DNA of 64,000 bases from Candidatus Hermodarchaeota archaeon (GCA_048885525.1 JBHLLP010000011.1:1552-65551); one strand, 5' to 3'. Shown: positions 29,816 to 39,384, numbered from the stretch's first letter. The notes: generated by a model not told the origin, from the sequence alone. Numbers and translations are program-made.

Positions 29816-31144
29816 TTATTTCAATTTTCTTTTTCTTATAGCCTCTCTTTTCCTTCTAATTCTTTCATGGGCATAAAGTTTTGGATGATATTTAATGTCT
29901 AAATAACCTATAATCAAAAGTATTAATGCTAAAAACACATTAGTAAATCCAATCAAATGGTAAGAATCTAAAAATATGAAAGCAATTGTAATTCCACCCA
30001 TTTGTAAAAAACTATAAGCAATTAAAGGCGCTATTATTTGTGAAACTGCTTGAAAATTAGTTGACCATCCACTTAAAACACCTTGTTGATCAAGTCTTAC
30101 TGCTTTGGTCATATTAGTAGTAATAAGAGGTCTCATAAAAGCAACTACAAATGAATAAGGAAGAATAAATACAAAAACCATCCATAATTCGTATAAATAG
30201 GGATAGAACAAGAAGACAATTATAAAAAGAATGAATGTCGTAATTAAAAGTCGCTTTTCTCCTAACTTTTTAATCAATGGTTTTATAAGAATACCACCAT
30301 AGATCATTACAGCAAATCCCGCTACGGCCATAACTAATCCAGTTGTGGAAGGTCCCGCATTGTATCTTTTTAATATTACTAATGCTGCACTTGAAGTAAA
30401 TATAAAACTTATAAGAGAAAATATGAATGTTTGGATCATCCGAATAATTACTTCCTTATTCCAAATACTTTTCTTTTCTCCTGGATTGGTTTGAGTTAAA
30501 AGAAGCTGAGCTTTAATTTCAATTCTCCTTTCATTGGGCATACTCTCAACTATAATTGTTAGTGTCATAATCATCAAAACAATAGTTAAACCACTAGCTA
30601 AATATGGTGGAAACCGCCAATGGATTGAACCTAAAAAGCCTCCAACTAACGGACCTAAAGTCATGCCTAACGTATATCCAACCATTATCTTTCCCATATG
30701 GGTTGCTCTTGTCTGCGGAGTTGTTATGTCAGTAATATAAGCACGAATAACAGGAATTTGACCTCCAAAGAAACCATCTATAATCCGAGCTATAAGAATT
30801 ACTTCGATTGAATTTGATATGGCTAATATTAAGAAAGATATACCTGTACCAGCTTGAGAAATTAATAAAATTGGTTTACGTCCATATTTATCACTTAATT
30901 TACCCCAAATTGGAATAAAAAGCAAGGCAGCAAGTGCATTTGAAGATATTAAAACTCCAATCATAAAATCTGCTGCTCCAAGATCTGTTGCAATACTTGG
31001 TAATAACGGAAGTACCATAGTATAACCAAAAATATCAAGCAAAATGCTAAGGATAATAGTAAACATAGCGCGCTTCTGATTTATCTTAAATTTCTTTAAA
31101 TATTCTATATGCTCTTCTTTATCATGGAAATTTTGGATGGACAT
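29816..31144 (-). CDS. MFS transporter (drug:H+ antiporter-like)
   Basis: About 12 TM helices, with MFS motif A GKLSDKYGRKPILL between TM2 and TM3. Confidence 0.85.
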   Translation of the reverse strand: MSIQNFHDKEEHIEYLKKFKINQKRAMFTIILSILLDIFGYTMVLPLLPSIATDLGAADFMIGVLISSNALAALLFIPIWGKLSDKYGRKPILLISQAGTGISFLILAISNSIEVILIARIIDGFFGGQIPVIRAYITDITTPQTRATHMGKIMVGYTLGMTLGPLVGGFLGSIHWRFPPYLASGLTIVLMIMTLTIIVESMPNERRIEIKAQLLLTQTNPGEKKSIWNKEVIIRMIQTFIFSLISFIFTSSAALVILKRYNAGPSTTGLVMAVAGFAVMIYGGILIKPLIKKLGEKRLLITTFILFIIVFLFYPYLYELWMVFVFILPYSFVVAFMRPLITTNMTKAVRLDQQGVLSGWSTNFQAVSQIIAPLIAYSFLQMGGITIAFIFLDSYHLIGFTNVFLALILLIIGYLDIKYHPKLYAHERIRRKREAIRKRKLK

Positions 31145-31333
31145 GACTTTTGCGTACTAGAAGAATAGTTAAATTTGGATTGGAAAATTAAGCAATATAT
31201 TTAAAATTTAATTTCTGTAGAATGACTCTAAAAAGAATATATAGTAAAGCACTTTTTTAAATCGAGAAATCTTATTTTAAGGTTCCTTTTTTAAATCTAA
31301 CTTTCAAAACTATTAATAAAAATACTTGTGAAA

Positions 31334-32155
31334 TTATAGAAAGAAATCAAGATATAATTTGGAATTAGGATCAACAGAATATTTCTTTAAATCAGTTATC
31401 CCATGTTCCAATAAGATTTCTTCATCTATGAAAAAGTTGCCTGTACACGTTTTACTTGGCCTAGTTAAAATTAAATAAGCTGCATCTGCAACAATTTCTG
31501 GTTTTCTTGAATGTTTTACTGCAGATTCTCCACCTAATAAATTTTTCACAGCTGCTGTAGCTATAGATGTTTTAGGCCATAAGGCATTAACTGCAATTCT
31601 ATCTTTCCTAAATTCTTCTGCCATCCCCAGAACGCACATACTCATTCCATATTTTGCCATAGTATAGGGTAAATTATTTTTAAACCATTTTGAATCCATA
31701 TTTAGAGGAGGTGATAAATTCAATATATGAGGATTTTCTGCTTTTTTCAGAAAGGGAATACACAATTTTGAACATAAAAAGGTTCCACGTACATTAACAG
31801 AAAACATGAGATCATATCTCTTCATTTTGATTTCTAAAGTTGGAGATAAATTTATCGCACTGGCATTATTAATAAGTACATCTATACCCCCAAATCTATC
31901 CACTGTTGCTTCAATAGCAGATTGAATTTGATCTTCAAATCTTATATCAGCAATGCATGGAATTGCATTACCTCCAGTAGATTCAATATCTTCTACAGCA
32001 GTATATACTGTTCCAGGTAATTTTGGATGAGGTTCTTTAGTCTTAGCAACTACAGCAATATTAGCTCCATCCATAGCTGCTCGCAAAGCTATAGCTTTTC
32101 CTATCCCTCTACTAGCACCTGTAATGAAAATTGTTTTTCCTTTTAGAGTGGTCAT
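31334..32155 (-). CDS. SDR family oxidoreductase (HSDL2-like)
   Basis: LKGKTIFITGASRGIGKAIALRAA...VAKT..PHPKLPGTVYT is the HSDL2-type N-terminus. NNAS and YTMAKYG (YxxxK) are also present. Confidence 0.85.
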   Translation of the reverse strand: MTTLKGKTIFITGASRGIGKAIALRAAMDGANIAVVAKTKEPHPKLPGTVYTAVEDIESTGGNAIPCIADIRFEDQIQSAIEATVDRFGGIDVLINNASAINLSPTLEIKMKRYDLMFSVNVRGTFLCSKLCIPFLKKAENPHILNLSPPLNMDSKWFKNNLPYTMAKYGMSMCVLGMAEEFRKDRIAVNALWPKTSIATAAVKNLLGGESAVKHSRKPEIVADAAYLILTRPSKTCTGNFFIDEEILLEHGITDLKKYSVDPNSKLYLDFFL

Positions 32156-32285
32156 TTCTAAAAACTTATTTAATGAATTAAAATTTTAAAATATATTATA
32201 ATTTTTAATTTAAAACAATTTTAAATAATTTATATTAATATTTCATAAAAAAAAAGTTTAAACGTCATTCTTAAATATTTTAGAA

Positions 32286-32756
32286 TTGATAATGTCAAAT
32301 CTAAATCCTGATAAATTGAATGTAATTAGTAATCACTCTGTGGAATCTAATAATTTAAAATTACCACGTAAATATACTTTAACTCATTCTGATTCAACGG
32401 GTGATCTATTTTTGACTATAAGCAGTGAGTATGACTTAAAGCAAATATCAAACATTTATACTCGCTTTATGAGAGATGAAGTATTAGCTGAATGGAAAAA
32501 AAAAAATGAGCAGTTTGAATTGCATCTCTACGTTCATGTGAGCGGAGGGTTTGTATTTGGATGGGCAAGTATGAGAAACAGAATATTTCGTAGACATTTG
32601 CCACTCGTTTTTCAAACAATTCGATATGGAGATAAGAAATTATTTGAGAAATTTCCGAAACTTAAAGAAGCACAAATTTTTGTCCATTTTCAATCAAAAA
32701 ATAAGAAATACAATAAGATTGAAAATTTTGGGCAAATAAAAGAGATTCAATATTAA
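32286..32756 (+). CDS. Stay-Green (SGR) family protein, Mg-dechelatase homolog
   Basis: Four blocks match plant SGR as I recall it. LPRKYTLTHSDSTGDLFLTI matches LPRTYTLTHSDITAKLTLAI. RDEVLAEWKK matches RDEVVAEWKK. LHLYVHVSGG matches LHVHCHISGG. LPLVFQTIRYGDKKLFEKFPKLKEAQIFVHFQS matches LPVVLKAFVHGDGNLLNNYPELQEALVWVYFHS. The likely start is ATG 32292. Confidence 0.8.
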   Translation: MIMSNLNPDKLNVISNHSVESNNLKLPRKYTLTHSDSTGDLFLTISSEYDLKQISNIYTRFMRDEVLAEWKKKNEQFELHLYVHVSGGFVFGWASMRNRIFRRHLPLVFQTIRYGDKKLFEKFPKLKEAQIFVHFQSKNKKYNKIENFGQIKEIQY

Positions 32757-32868
32757 TTAATATAAATTTATTATCTCTTTTAATTAATTTCTATAATACT
32801 AATGCTTTATCTTAGTAATAAAATATTATCCATACTTAGAAAAGTGAAAGTTATCATAATTTATTATA

Positions 32869-33471
32869 ATGAAAGAAATAAGTAAACTAGTCGAACAAGG
32901 CTATAATAAAATAGCAATCGATTATTATAGATATCGCGATATAAATAAGTTTAATCATGAATTGGAAAAATTCTTATCTCTTCTTCCTAAAGAAGCTCAT
33001 ATATTAGATGTTGGCTGTGGGGCTGGTATACCAACTGCTAGGTTCTTAGTTAAGAAAGGAATTAAGGTGACCGGTATTGATTTATCTGATACTATGCTTG
33101 AATTGGCTCGAGAGAATGTACCTAACGCTGAGTTCATTAAAATGGATATAAATGACATTACATTTGATGAAAATACCTTTGATGGTGCAATCAGTGTCTA
33201 TACTATCTTTCATTTACCAAAAAAAAATCATTTTTTGATATTTAAAAAGCTCTTTGAAATACTTAAACCTGGAGGAGTCTTGTTAATAAATACAGGGATA
33301 TCAGAATCAGAAGGAACCAGTAATTTTTTTGGCGTTCCAATGTTTTGGAGTAATTATGAGCCAGAAACTACTTTAGATCTCGTAAAAAAAGCAGGATTTT
33401 CAATTATCTCTGAAGGAGTATTAGAAAGGGGTGGTGAATATCAATATTGGGTTTTTGGAAAAAAAATTTAA
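32869..33471 (+). CDS. class I SAM-dependent methyltransferase
   Basis: ILDVGCGAGIPT (motif I), the acidic GIDLSD (motif II), and LKPGGVLLI. Confidence 0.8.
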   Translation: MKEISKLVEQGYNKIAIDYYRYRDINKFNHELEKFLSLLPKEAHILDVGCGAGIPTARFLVKKGIKVTGIDLSDTMLELARENVPNAEFIKMDINDITFDENTFDGAISVYTIFHLPKKNHFLIFKKLFEILKPGGVLLINTGISESEGTSNFFGVPMFWSNYEPETTLDLVKKAGFSIISEGVLERGGEYQYWVFGKKI

Positions 33472-33506
33472 ATTGAATTTAATAAAAAACTAAAATAATA
33501 CGAAAA

Positions 33507-33752
33507 ATGAAATATAATTCTGCTGAAAAAGTAATACTATTCACTGGAATTTTATTAATAATATTATCGTTTATTAGTGAACTTAATTTTCATTATATTC
33601 AAGGATTTATGCCAGAATTAGTAGAATCTGATACATTTTGGAGAGCTGAAGCCGCCGAAGTTTTTAACTCTATGAGTTTTTTGATTTTGGGTGTCGCATT
33701 AATTATAATAGCTTTAAGGCTTTCAAGAAAGAGGGTATCTAGCGAAAAATAG
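33507..33752 (+). CDS. small hypothetical two-TM membrane protein
   Basis: 81 aa with two hydrophobic helices. No recognisable family. Confidence 0.35.
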   Translation: MKYNSAEKVILFTGILLIILSFISELNFHYIQGFMPELVESDTFWRAEAAEVFNSMSFLILGVALIIIALRLSRKRVSSEK

Positions 33753-33891
33753 AAAAAACTATTGATTATTGGATTTAAAATCTACGATTAAATGAATTAA
33801 CAAATTATTAACTTTATATTTATATAATTCATATCATTTCATTCATTAGAAAATTTTAGAAAAAGTCCATGCAACAAGGAGAAAACTAAGA

Positions 33892-35136
33892 ATGTTAAAA
33901 TTTAGCATTAAGAATGCTTTTAGAAAGAAATCTACAGCTATCTTATCTAGTATAGGTGTTGGTATTGGTTTAATGTTAGTATTTGTTATTGGTGCCTTTA
34001 CAGCGGGAGTGACCTCTCAATTTCAGGAAAATTTATCTGAGACAATTGGTATCGTTGAAATCCTTGAAAAAGACGTATTAGGCAGAGAAAATAGTCATTT
34101 ACCAAAAGATTTCACTAAAGATCTTTATAATACTCCTAATATAGGAGAAGATATATCAAAACTTACTTATGAAACGCAGGCACCGTTTTTCTTTACATCT
34201 AATTATTCTGGTGAAGATAAACTAGTAAATGCTCAAGATACTTTAACTTTAATAGGGATAAATTTAACTTTAGATCAAGAATGGGGTGGTCCCACTACTA
34301 AGATTCTGGAAGGAAACATTTTCAATTTGGATAGAAATGAGATTATTATTGATTCAAGATTACTGTCTGTAGCAAAATTTCCTATTTCTATTGCTGAGAC
34401 CATTAAAATAAAGTTAGATCTTGGTGGGACAATTTTAGAGAACTTAACTATAGTAGGTGTTTATCAAGAAGATGATATTGGCGCACCTTCATTTGTTCCA
34501 AGACAATACTATATTTATACAGATATACAGAGTTTATGGAATTTATTGAATATATCTGGTTTAGAAACAAATACCTACTCTTCGATAAAACTTAGATTCA
34601 ATGTTAAAACTACTGAGGAGACTGAAAATTATGCTGAAGAAATAAACATTTATTCTGAAAGTGGAGGATATGCTCCCGTTTATGTGACAGCTACAGCTTT
34701 ATCTGCTTTCTTTGAGTCTATTGAGGAGACTTTTGCTATATTTGATGCTTTTGCGGGAATAATTGGGTTTATTGCAGTTTTAGCAGGCGGGACAGCTATA
34801 ATTGTTACACAATTAATGTCAGTTACTACTCGATTGAAAGAATTTGCAATATTAAAATCTACAGGTTGGAAAAATCGTCATATTTTCGCAAATGTTATCT
34901 TTGAATCATTAACTCTTGGAATATTAGGAGCTATAATTGGGTTAACTTTAGGAATTATTTTGGTAATGTTTTTTAGCAGTGGTGGGAGTCCATTTGGAGG
35001 AGCATCAGCTATTATTACTTTAGAAGGAATAATTGAAGTTGTTGCCTATGCTTTAGGATTAGGGATTCTTGGGGGTTTATATCCCGGCATTAAGGCAGCT
35101 AGAGTAAGACCTGTAGTAGTTTTAAAAGGAGAATAA
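33892..35136 (+). CDS. ABC transporter permease, FtsX/MacB-like
   Basis: N-terminal TM, an extracytoplasmic domain of about 250 aa, and three C-terminal TMs with the FtsX-type LKSTGWKNRHIF segment. Translationally coupled to the ATPase gene. Confidence 0.75.
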   Translation: MLKFSIKNAFRKKSTAILSSIGVGIGLMLVFVIGAFTAGVTSQFQENLSETIGIVEILEKDVLGRENSHLPKDFTKDLYNTPNIGEDISKLTYETQAPFFFTSNYSGEDKLVNAQDTLTLIGINLTLDQEWGGPTTKILEGNIFNLDRNEIIIDSRLLSVAKFPISIAETIKIKLDLGGTILENLTIVGVYQEDDIGAPSFVPRQYYIYTDIQSLWNLLNISGLETNTYSSIKLRFNVKTTEETENYAEEINIYSESGGYAPVYVTATALSAFFESIEETFAIFDAFAGIIGFIAVLAGGTAIIVTQLMSVTTRLKEFAILKSTGWKNRHIFANVIFESLTLGILGAIIGLTLGIILVMFFSSGGSPFGGASAIITLEGIIEVVAYALGLGILGGLYPGIKAARVRPVVVLKGE

Positions 35137-35144
35137 GGAGGTGA
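35135..35144 (+). promoter_or_regulatory. Shine-Dalgarno site (AAGGAGGTGA) for the ABC ATPase gene, overlapping the permease stop codon
   Basis: AAGGAGGTGA lies 5 nt upstream of TTG 35150. The TAA of the permease (35134-35136) is inside it. Confidence 0.6.
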
Positions 35145-35149
35145 AATAA

Positions 35150-35869
35150 TTGTCATTGATAATTTTAAAAGATGTAAGTAAACTTTATGGGGAAGAAAGA
35201 ACTCTAATTAAGGCTTTAGATCATATCGATTTAGAAATTGAAGAAGGCAAAATTATAACAGTTATGGGTCCTTCTGGTAGTGGAAAAAGTACTCTTTTAA
35301 ATATTTTAGGGGCTATGGATACACCCTCATCAGGACAAGTATTAGTTAACGAAATTGATATCGGAAAACTTCCTGAACGTAAATTAGCTAATTATAGAAA
35401 ATATCAAATTGGATTCGTGTTTCAATCCTTTTATTTAATTCCAAATCTAGATGTGCTTGGTAATGTTTTATTACCCAAAGTACCATATGGAATTAAAGAT
35501 CAAGATCGTAAACGAGCTCAAGAATTATTAGAAATTGTAGGCTTAGGAGATAGAGGGCATAGTAAGGTAGGTAAATTATCTGGGGGTGAATCTCAAAGAG
35601 TAGCTATAGCAAGAGCCTTAATAAATGACCCAAAGATTATTTTAGCTGATGAACCAACAGGGAATTTAGATTCAGAGACCGGCAAGTCAATTATAGAATT
35701 ATTGATTAAGTTAGCAGAAGAAGGAAAAACTATTGTTATAGTTACGCATGATCCAAGAATTGCTCAAGTAGTTGCAGAACATCCACTCGGAAAAAATATT
35801 TGGATTAAAGATGGGCAACTTAGTGATGAACCAACCTATGATATGTACTGTTGGGATTCAGATTCATAA
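35150..35869 (+). CDS. ABC transporter ATP-binding protein (MacB/LolD-like)
   Basis: GPSGSGKST (Walker A), LSGGESQRVAIARAL (signature), ILADEPTGNLD (Walker B), VTHD (H-loop). TTG start with a strong SD. Confidence 0.9.
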   Translation: MSLIILKDVSKLYGEERTLIKALDHIDLEIEEGKIITVMGPSGSGKSTLLNILGAMDTPSSGQVLVNEIDIGKLPERKLANYRKYQIGFVFQSFYLIPNLDVLGNVLLPKVPYGIKDQDRKRAQELLEIVGLGDRGHSKVGKLSGGESQRVAIARALINDPKIILADEPTGNLDSETGKSIIELLIKLAEEGKTIVIVTHDPRIAQVVAEHPLGKNIWIKDGQLSDEPTYDMYCWDSDS

Positions 35870-36070
35870 AAAACCTTATATTTAAAGAGGCCACATGTGA
35901 ATATCATACATTATCACTATTAAACTCTAAACTCTAAAGTTATATAATCCTTCTCATTTACTAATTTTCAAAAATACCACTCCAAAAATTCCAAAAATAT
36001 TTATATATTAAATCAACCTAACTACAATAGAAGGAAACGACAATATTGTTAAAAAAGAGGAGTTAAAATT

Positions 36071-36541
36071 GTGATATATAACAACCCAGAGGAACACATG
36101 TCTGAATATGAAGAAACAATTAATAAATTATCAGATCAGATAAAAGACTTATTTTCTAAAATTCATTTTTATCAAGCTCTTGTTGCGGAAAAAGAACATC
36201 AAATATCCCAGTTAGCTAAAGAAAATCAAAAATTGCTCGCTAAAATTCAAGAATTAACATATCTTTCAACTCCAGCTCCTCCTCCAAGTCAGCAATCTTA
36301 TACACCTCCTCCACCCCCAAATAAACACTCTTATACTCCACCAGTTTTTCCATCAAGACAACCCTCCATATCTGAATCCATTGAAGATTCTCGGATTAAT
36401 AAAAGAGTATGTCCCAACTGTGGTGCTATGGGTTTTGCGATAAGAGAAGTAGATGATAAATCAAAGGTAATTAGTTATACTCCAAGACGTATGTATGCTA
36501 AAAAGAAAGCATGTACTAAGTGTAGATATGAATGGAGCTAG
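36071..36541 (+). CDS. hypothetical coiled-coil / Pro-rich / C-terminal zinc-ribbon protein
   Basis: GTG start with AGAGGAG 8 nt upstream. Heptad-like N-terminus (QISQLAKENQKLLAKIQEL). Duplicated PPPxxxSYTPP segment. CPNCG...CTKC ribbon. Confidence 0.5.
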   Translation: MIYNNPEEHMSEYEETINKLSDQIKDLFSKIHFYQALVAEKEHQISQLAKENQKLLAKIQELTYLSTPAPPPSQQSYTPPPPPNKHSYTPPVFPSRQPSISESIEDSRINKRVCPNCGAMGFAIREVDDKSKVISYTPRRMYAKKKACTKCRYEWS

Positions 36542-36543
36542 TT

Positions 36544-37497
36544 TCATAAAAAAACTTTTAAATTTCTGGGGATAATCTCCAAATAACTAACCAGATCAAA
36601 TTTTTCTATTTTCTCTTTAGTCTTTATGGGAAGATCATCGATATTAGTTCCATTTAATATCAATTTTGTTTCTTCTTCACTGAAATCAGGTCCCGGTTCT
36701 GTCCAATTTATAATTTTCTTATTAACAGGGCATATTTTCTGACAATGAAGACAGCCAACTAAACAATTATGCCATGTAGGATCAATCCATTCTGGAAATG
36801 GAGTCTCTGGAGGATGTTCATTATGAAATGTAATACAGCGTTCGGCGCGCAAAAGAAAACGATCAGTTGGAATTGCTCCTGTAGGGCATTTTTGTGTACA
36901 TGCTGAGCATTCCTTACATAATTCCATCATTTGTAATTCGTGCCAATTATCCTCCTCAGTAGGATAATCTGAATATAGAGTGGTTAAACGATGGAAACTA
37001 CCCATTCCCTCAACGTAAGTAATATTATTTCTACCATACTTAGCTAATCCACTACGCACGGCTAATGTTTTCTGAGGTAAAGTTGCATAAGCAACATGGT
37101 AACCCTCTGGCTGTAATATCCCATTTAGAAGCTCTATCATTTGGTTACTTACTTTTCGTCCATATAAGTATGTAGGAGGTATCAATAAGGAGATCTTATT
37201 GTTATTCCAGTGAAATATAGCTTCAAATTGAGGCTGTGGAAGTGATATAATAAAAAGAGATTTTATCTTAGGAAAATCCACATCCGGTTCAAATTCAAAA
37301 AATTGTTTATATTCCCTATAAAATTCTGGATCTAAAAGCTTTTGTTCATTGTATTTTATAAGATCCTTACGTAAATCCGGAATATGTTTTGCTGACACGA
37401 TTTTTCCCTTATATCCTTTTGCTTCCAAGCTATTATAAAAATTTTGTACAACTTTTTCTTTATTAATCATAATTATCTTTCTCTTAAAATAGTCCAA
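36544..37497 (-). CDS. QueG (epoxyqueuosine reductase)/reductive-dehalogenase-family 2x[4Fe-4S] protein
   Basis: LPQKTLAVRSGLAKYGRNNITYVEGMGSFHRL, CKECSACTQKCPTGAI, RAERCITFHNE and VGCLHCQKICPVN follow the QueG block order as I recall it. Confidence 0.55.
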   Translation of the reverse strand: MDYFKRKIIMINKEKVVQNFYNSLEAKGYKGKIVSAKHIPDLRKDLIKYNEQKLLDPEFYREYKQFFEFEPDVDFPKIKSLFIISLPQPQFEAIFHWNNNKISLLIPPTYLYGRKVSNQMIELLNGILQPEGYHVAYATLPQKTLAVRSGLAKYGRNNITYVEGMGSFHRLTTLYSDYPTEEDNWHELQMMELCKECSACTQKCPTGAIPTDRFLLRAERCITFHNEHPPETPFPEWIDPTWHNCLVGCLHCQKICPVNKKIINWTEPGPDFSEEETKLILNGTNIDDLPIKTKEKIEKFDLVSYLEIIPRNLKVFL

Positions 37498-37563
37498 TAT
37501 TTTTTTTTAATTTATATGATGAATATGTAGTCAAACCGAATATCTTGAATCATTTACTAGGGA

Positions 37564-38010
37564 TTATAAAACAATTCTAGGATCCTCTTTTATTGTCTTA
37601 AAAGCAATAAGAGATTCCATATTTCTAATACCAGGTATTTTACTAATTTCTTTTGTAAGGTCATGCAATTCTAGGTTATCCTCCACCTTAACTTTTATTA
37701 ATATATCCCATTCACCAGATATTTCATAAACTTCCATTGTATTCTTATTTCTGGCTACTTCCTCTGCGAAATCACAACAATCTGTATCTATATCAAGATC
37801 TATTTTAATCCAAGCAGTGGTAGCTTTTCCTACAGCCCTAGGAGAAACTAAAGGGATTATACTTGTTATAACTCCAGAATCTTTCATTTGTTTAATTCTT
37901 GAAAATACTGTTGATGCAGGTTCACCAAGTTTCTCTGCTAATTTTCTATAGGTTTGAGTAGCATCTTTCTGATACTCTTTTAAGATGCTTTTGTCTAAAT
38001 CATCAATCAT
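37564..38010 (-). CDS. Lrp/AsnC family transcriptional regulator
   Basis: N-terminal HTH (LDKSILKEYQKDATQTYRKLAEKLGEPASTVFSRIKQM) plus a C-terminal RAM/AsnC_trans_reg-type domain. 148 aa. Confidence 0.85.
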   Translation of the reverse strand: MIDDLDKSILKEYQKDATQTYRKLAEKLGEPASTVFSRIKQMKDSGVITSIIPLVSPRAVGKATTAWIKIDLDIDTDCCDFAEEVARNKNTMEVYEISGEWDILIKVKVEDNLELHDLTKEISKIPGIRNMESLIAFKTIKEDPRIVL

Positions 38011-38193
38011 TTTTAATTGAATATTTTGTTGTCTAGGTTTTCTTATAAATATTAAATATGATGCAAAATATTTAAATATTTCTGAACCTTATGCAATAAT
38101 ATTACAAAAAAAAAAAACAATTCAAAAAATTTACTGAAATTCTAATAAATGTTAGAAAATTATTTTACATCATATTATTGGAGGGTTTTTAAA

Positions 38194-38661
38194 ATGACTG
38201 ACATTAAAAGGGAACTTTTATCTCCATGTGGCTTGTATTGTGGCGTATGTAGAATATATAAGGCTCATAAGGACAATGATTTAGAATTCAAAAAAGAAAT
38301 CTTGCATACACATGAGGAGTTTGGTGCAAAAAATGTGGATGATATTGCTTGTACAGGGTGTTTATCTGATGGTGTTATATTTTATTTCTGTCAAACATGT
38401 CCTATTAAAGAATGTATAATGAATAAAAAAATTGAAGGATGTTATCTATGTAATGATTTTCCATGTAAAATGATTATAAATTGGCCAGATCCTTTAGATA
38501 AAAAAGTCATGCTTCGTACAGTTCCTACTTGGCGTGAATTTGGAACTGAAAAATGGATTCAAATGGAAGAGAAAAGGTATCGATGCCCAAATTGTGGGGA
38601 ACTCTTGTTTCATGGGGCTAAAAAATGCAAAAAATGTAATTTTAAGGTAGATTTAGATTGA
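38194..38661 (+). CDS. DUF3795 domain-containing Cys-rich protein
   Basis: The CGLYCGVCRIY start motif and further Cys pairs (CTGC, CQTCPIKEC, CYLCNDFPC, CPNCG, CKKC). The start is set at ATG 38194 (TGGAGGG 7 nt upstream) rather than the track start 38149. Confidence 0.7.
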   Translation: MTDIKRELLSPCGLYCGVCRIYKAHKDNDLEFKKEILHTHEEFGAKNVDDIACTGCLSDGVIFYFCQTCPIKECIMNKKIEGCYLCNDFPCKMIINWPDPLDKKVMLRTVPTWREFGTEKWIQMEEKRYRCPNCGELLFHGAKKCKKCNFKVDLD

Positions 38662-38673
38662 ATCTACACAATT

Positions 38674-39198
38674 CTATTTTCTTTTTAAATCATAATTGGG
38701 TTGTATTTTGTATCCCTCAGGTATTCTATCTTCTTTATATGGAATCTCTCCTAATTCAAACCTAAAGCCGACAATATCATTAGCTTCCAACATATAAACA
38801 GGGGGAATATCTGGGCGTAGATCTTCTGGATCAATAAATTGGGTCCTATCTACACGTAATTTAAATAGCGTTTTGAGTCCTTCTTCTTTAAAGACTTTTG
38901 CCACTTCTTTTACATCTTTAACATGAAAATTAAGATTGTGAACTCCTGGACCTTTTTCTTTCAAATGGTCTGACCATAGAGTCCCCTCCTTCAGTGGTTC
39001 AATAAACTGTAAAATAACATTTCCAAGTTGTACATGCACAACTTTCACAGCAGGACTGCGAGATAGATAATTAGCTAAATCTTCTTCGACCTTTTTTGCT
39101 CCAAATACTCTATTTAAAAATTCAAAGGCTTTTTCAGCGTCTGGAACAACAATTTCAATATGGACTAATGGAGATACTTCTATTACCATCATAATCAC
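38674..39198 (-). CDS. VOC family protein (glyoxalase/methylmalonyl-CoA epimerase-like)
   Basis: HIEIVVPDAEKAFEFLNRVFGA and GPGVHNLNFHV metal-ligand blocks. Confidence 0.6.
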   Translation of the reverse strand: MIMMVIEVSPLVHIEIVVPDAEKAFEFLNRVFGAKKVEEDLANYLSRSPAVKVVHVQLGNVILQFIEPLKEGTLWSDHLKEKGPGVHNLNFHVKDVKEVAKVFKEEGLKTLFKLRVDRTQFIDPEDLRPDIPPVYMLEANDIVGFRFELGEIPYKEDRIPEGYKIQPNYDLKRK

Positions 39199-39384
39199 TT
39201 AAATTTATCTTTTTGTATTATATTTAGATTGAAAAAGCATCCTTATAATAATCTTTTCTAAATCTTTAAAATCTAATCCTGAGGTGAGAATATAATTGGA
39301 CAAATATAATACCTTTAAATATTACTTCACTTTACTTTTCGTACCTTAATTCTAAAGTAATTAAAAAAAATTGAGACGAAAATT

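Noticed and set aside
35930-36000. Short tandem duplications in the 35870-36070 intergenic region (AAACTCT x2; CCAAAAAT x2)
   Set aside because: There are only two copies of each 7-8-mer in low-complexity AT-rich DNA. That is insufficient to call a repeat element or a binding array.
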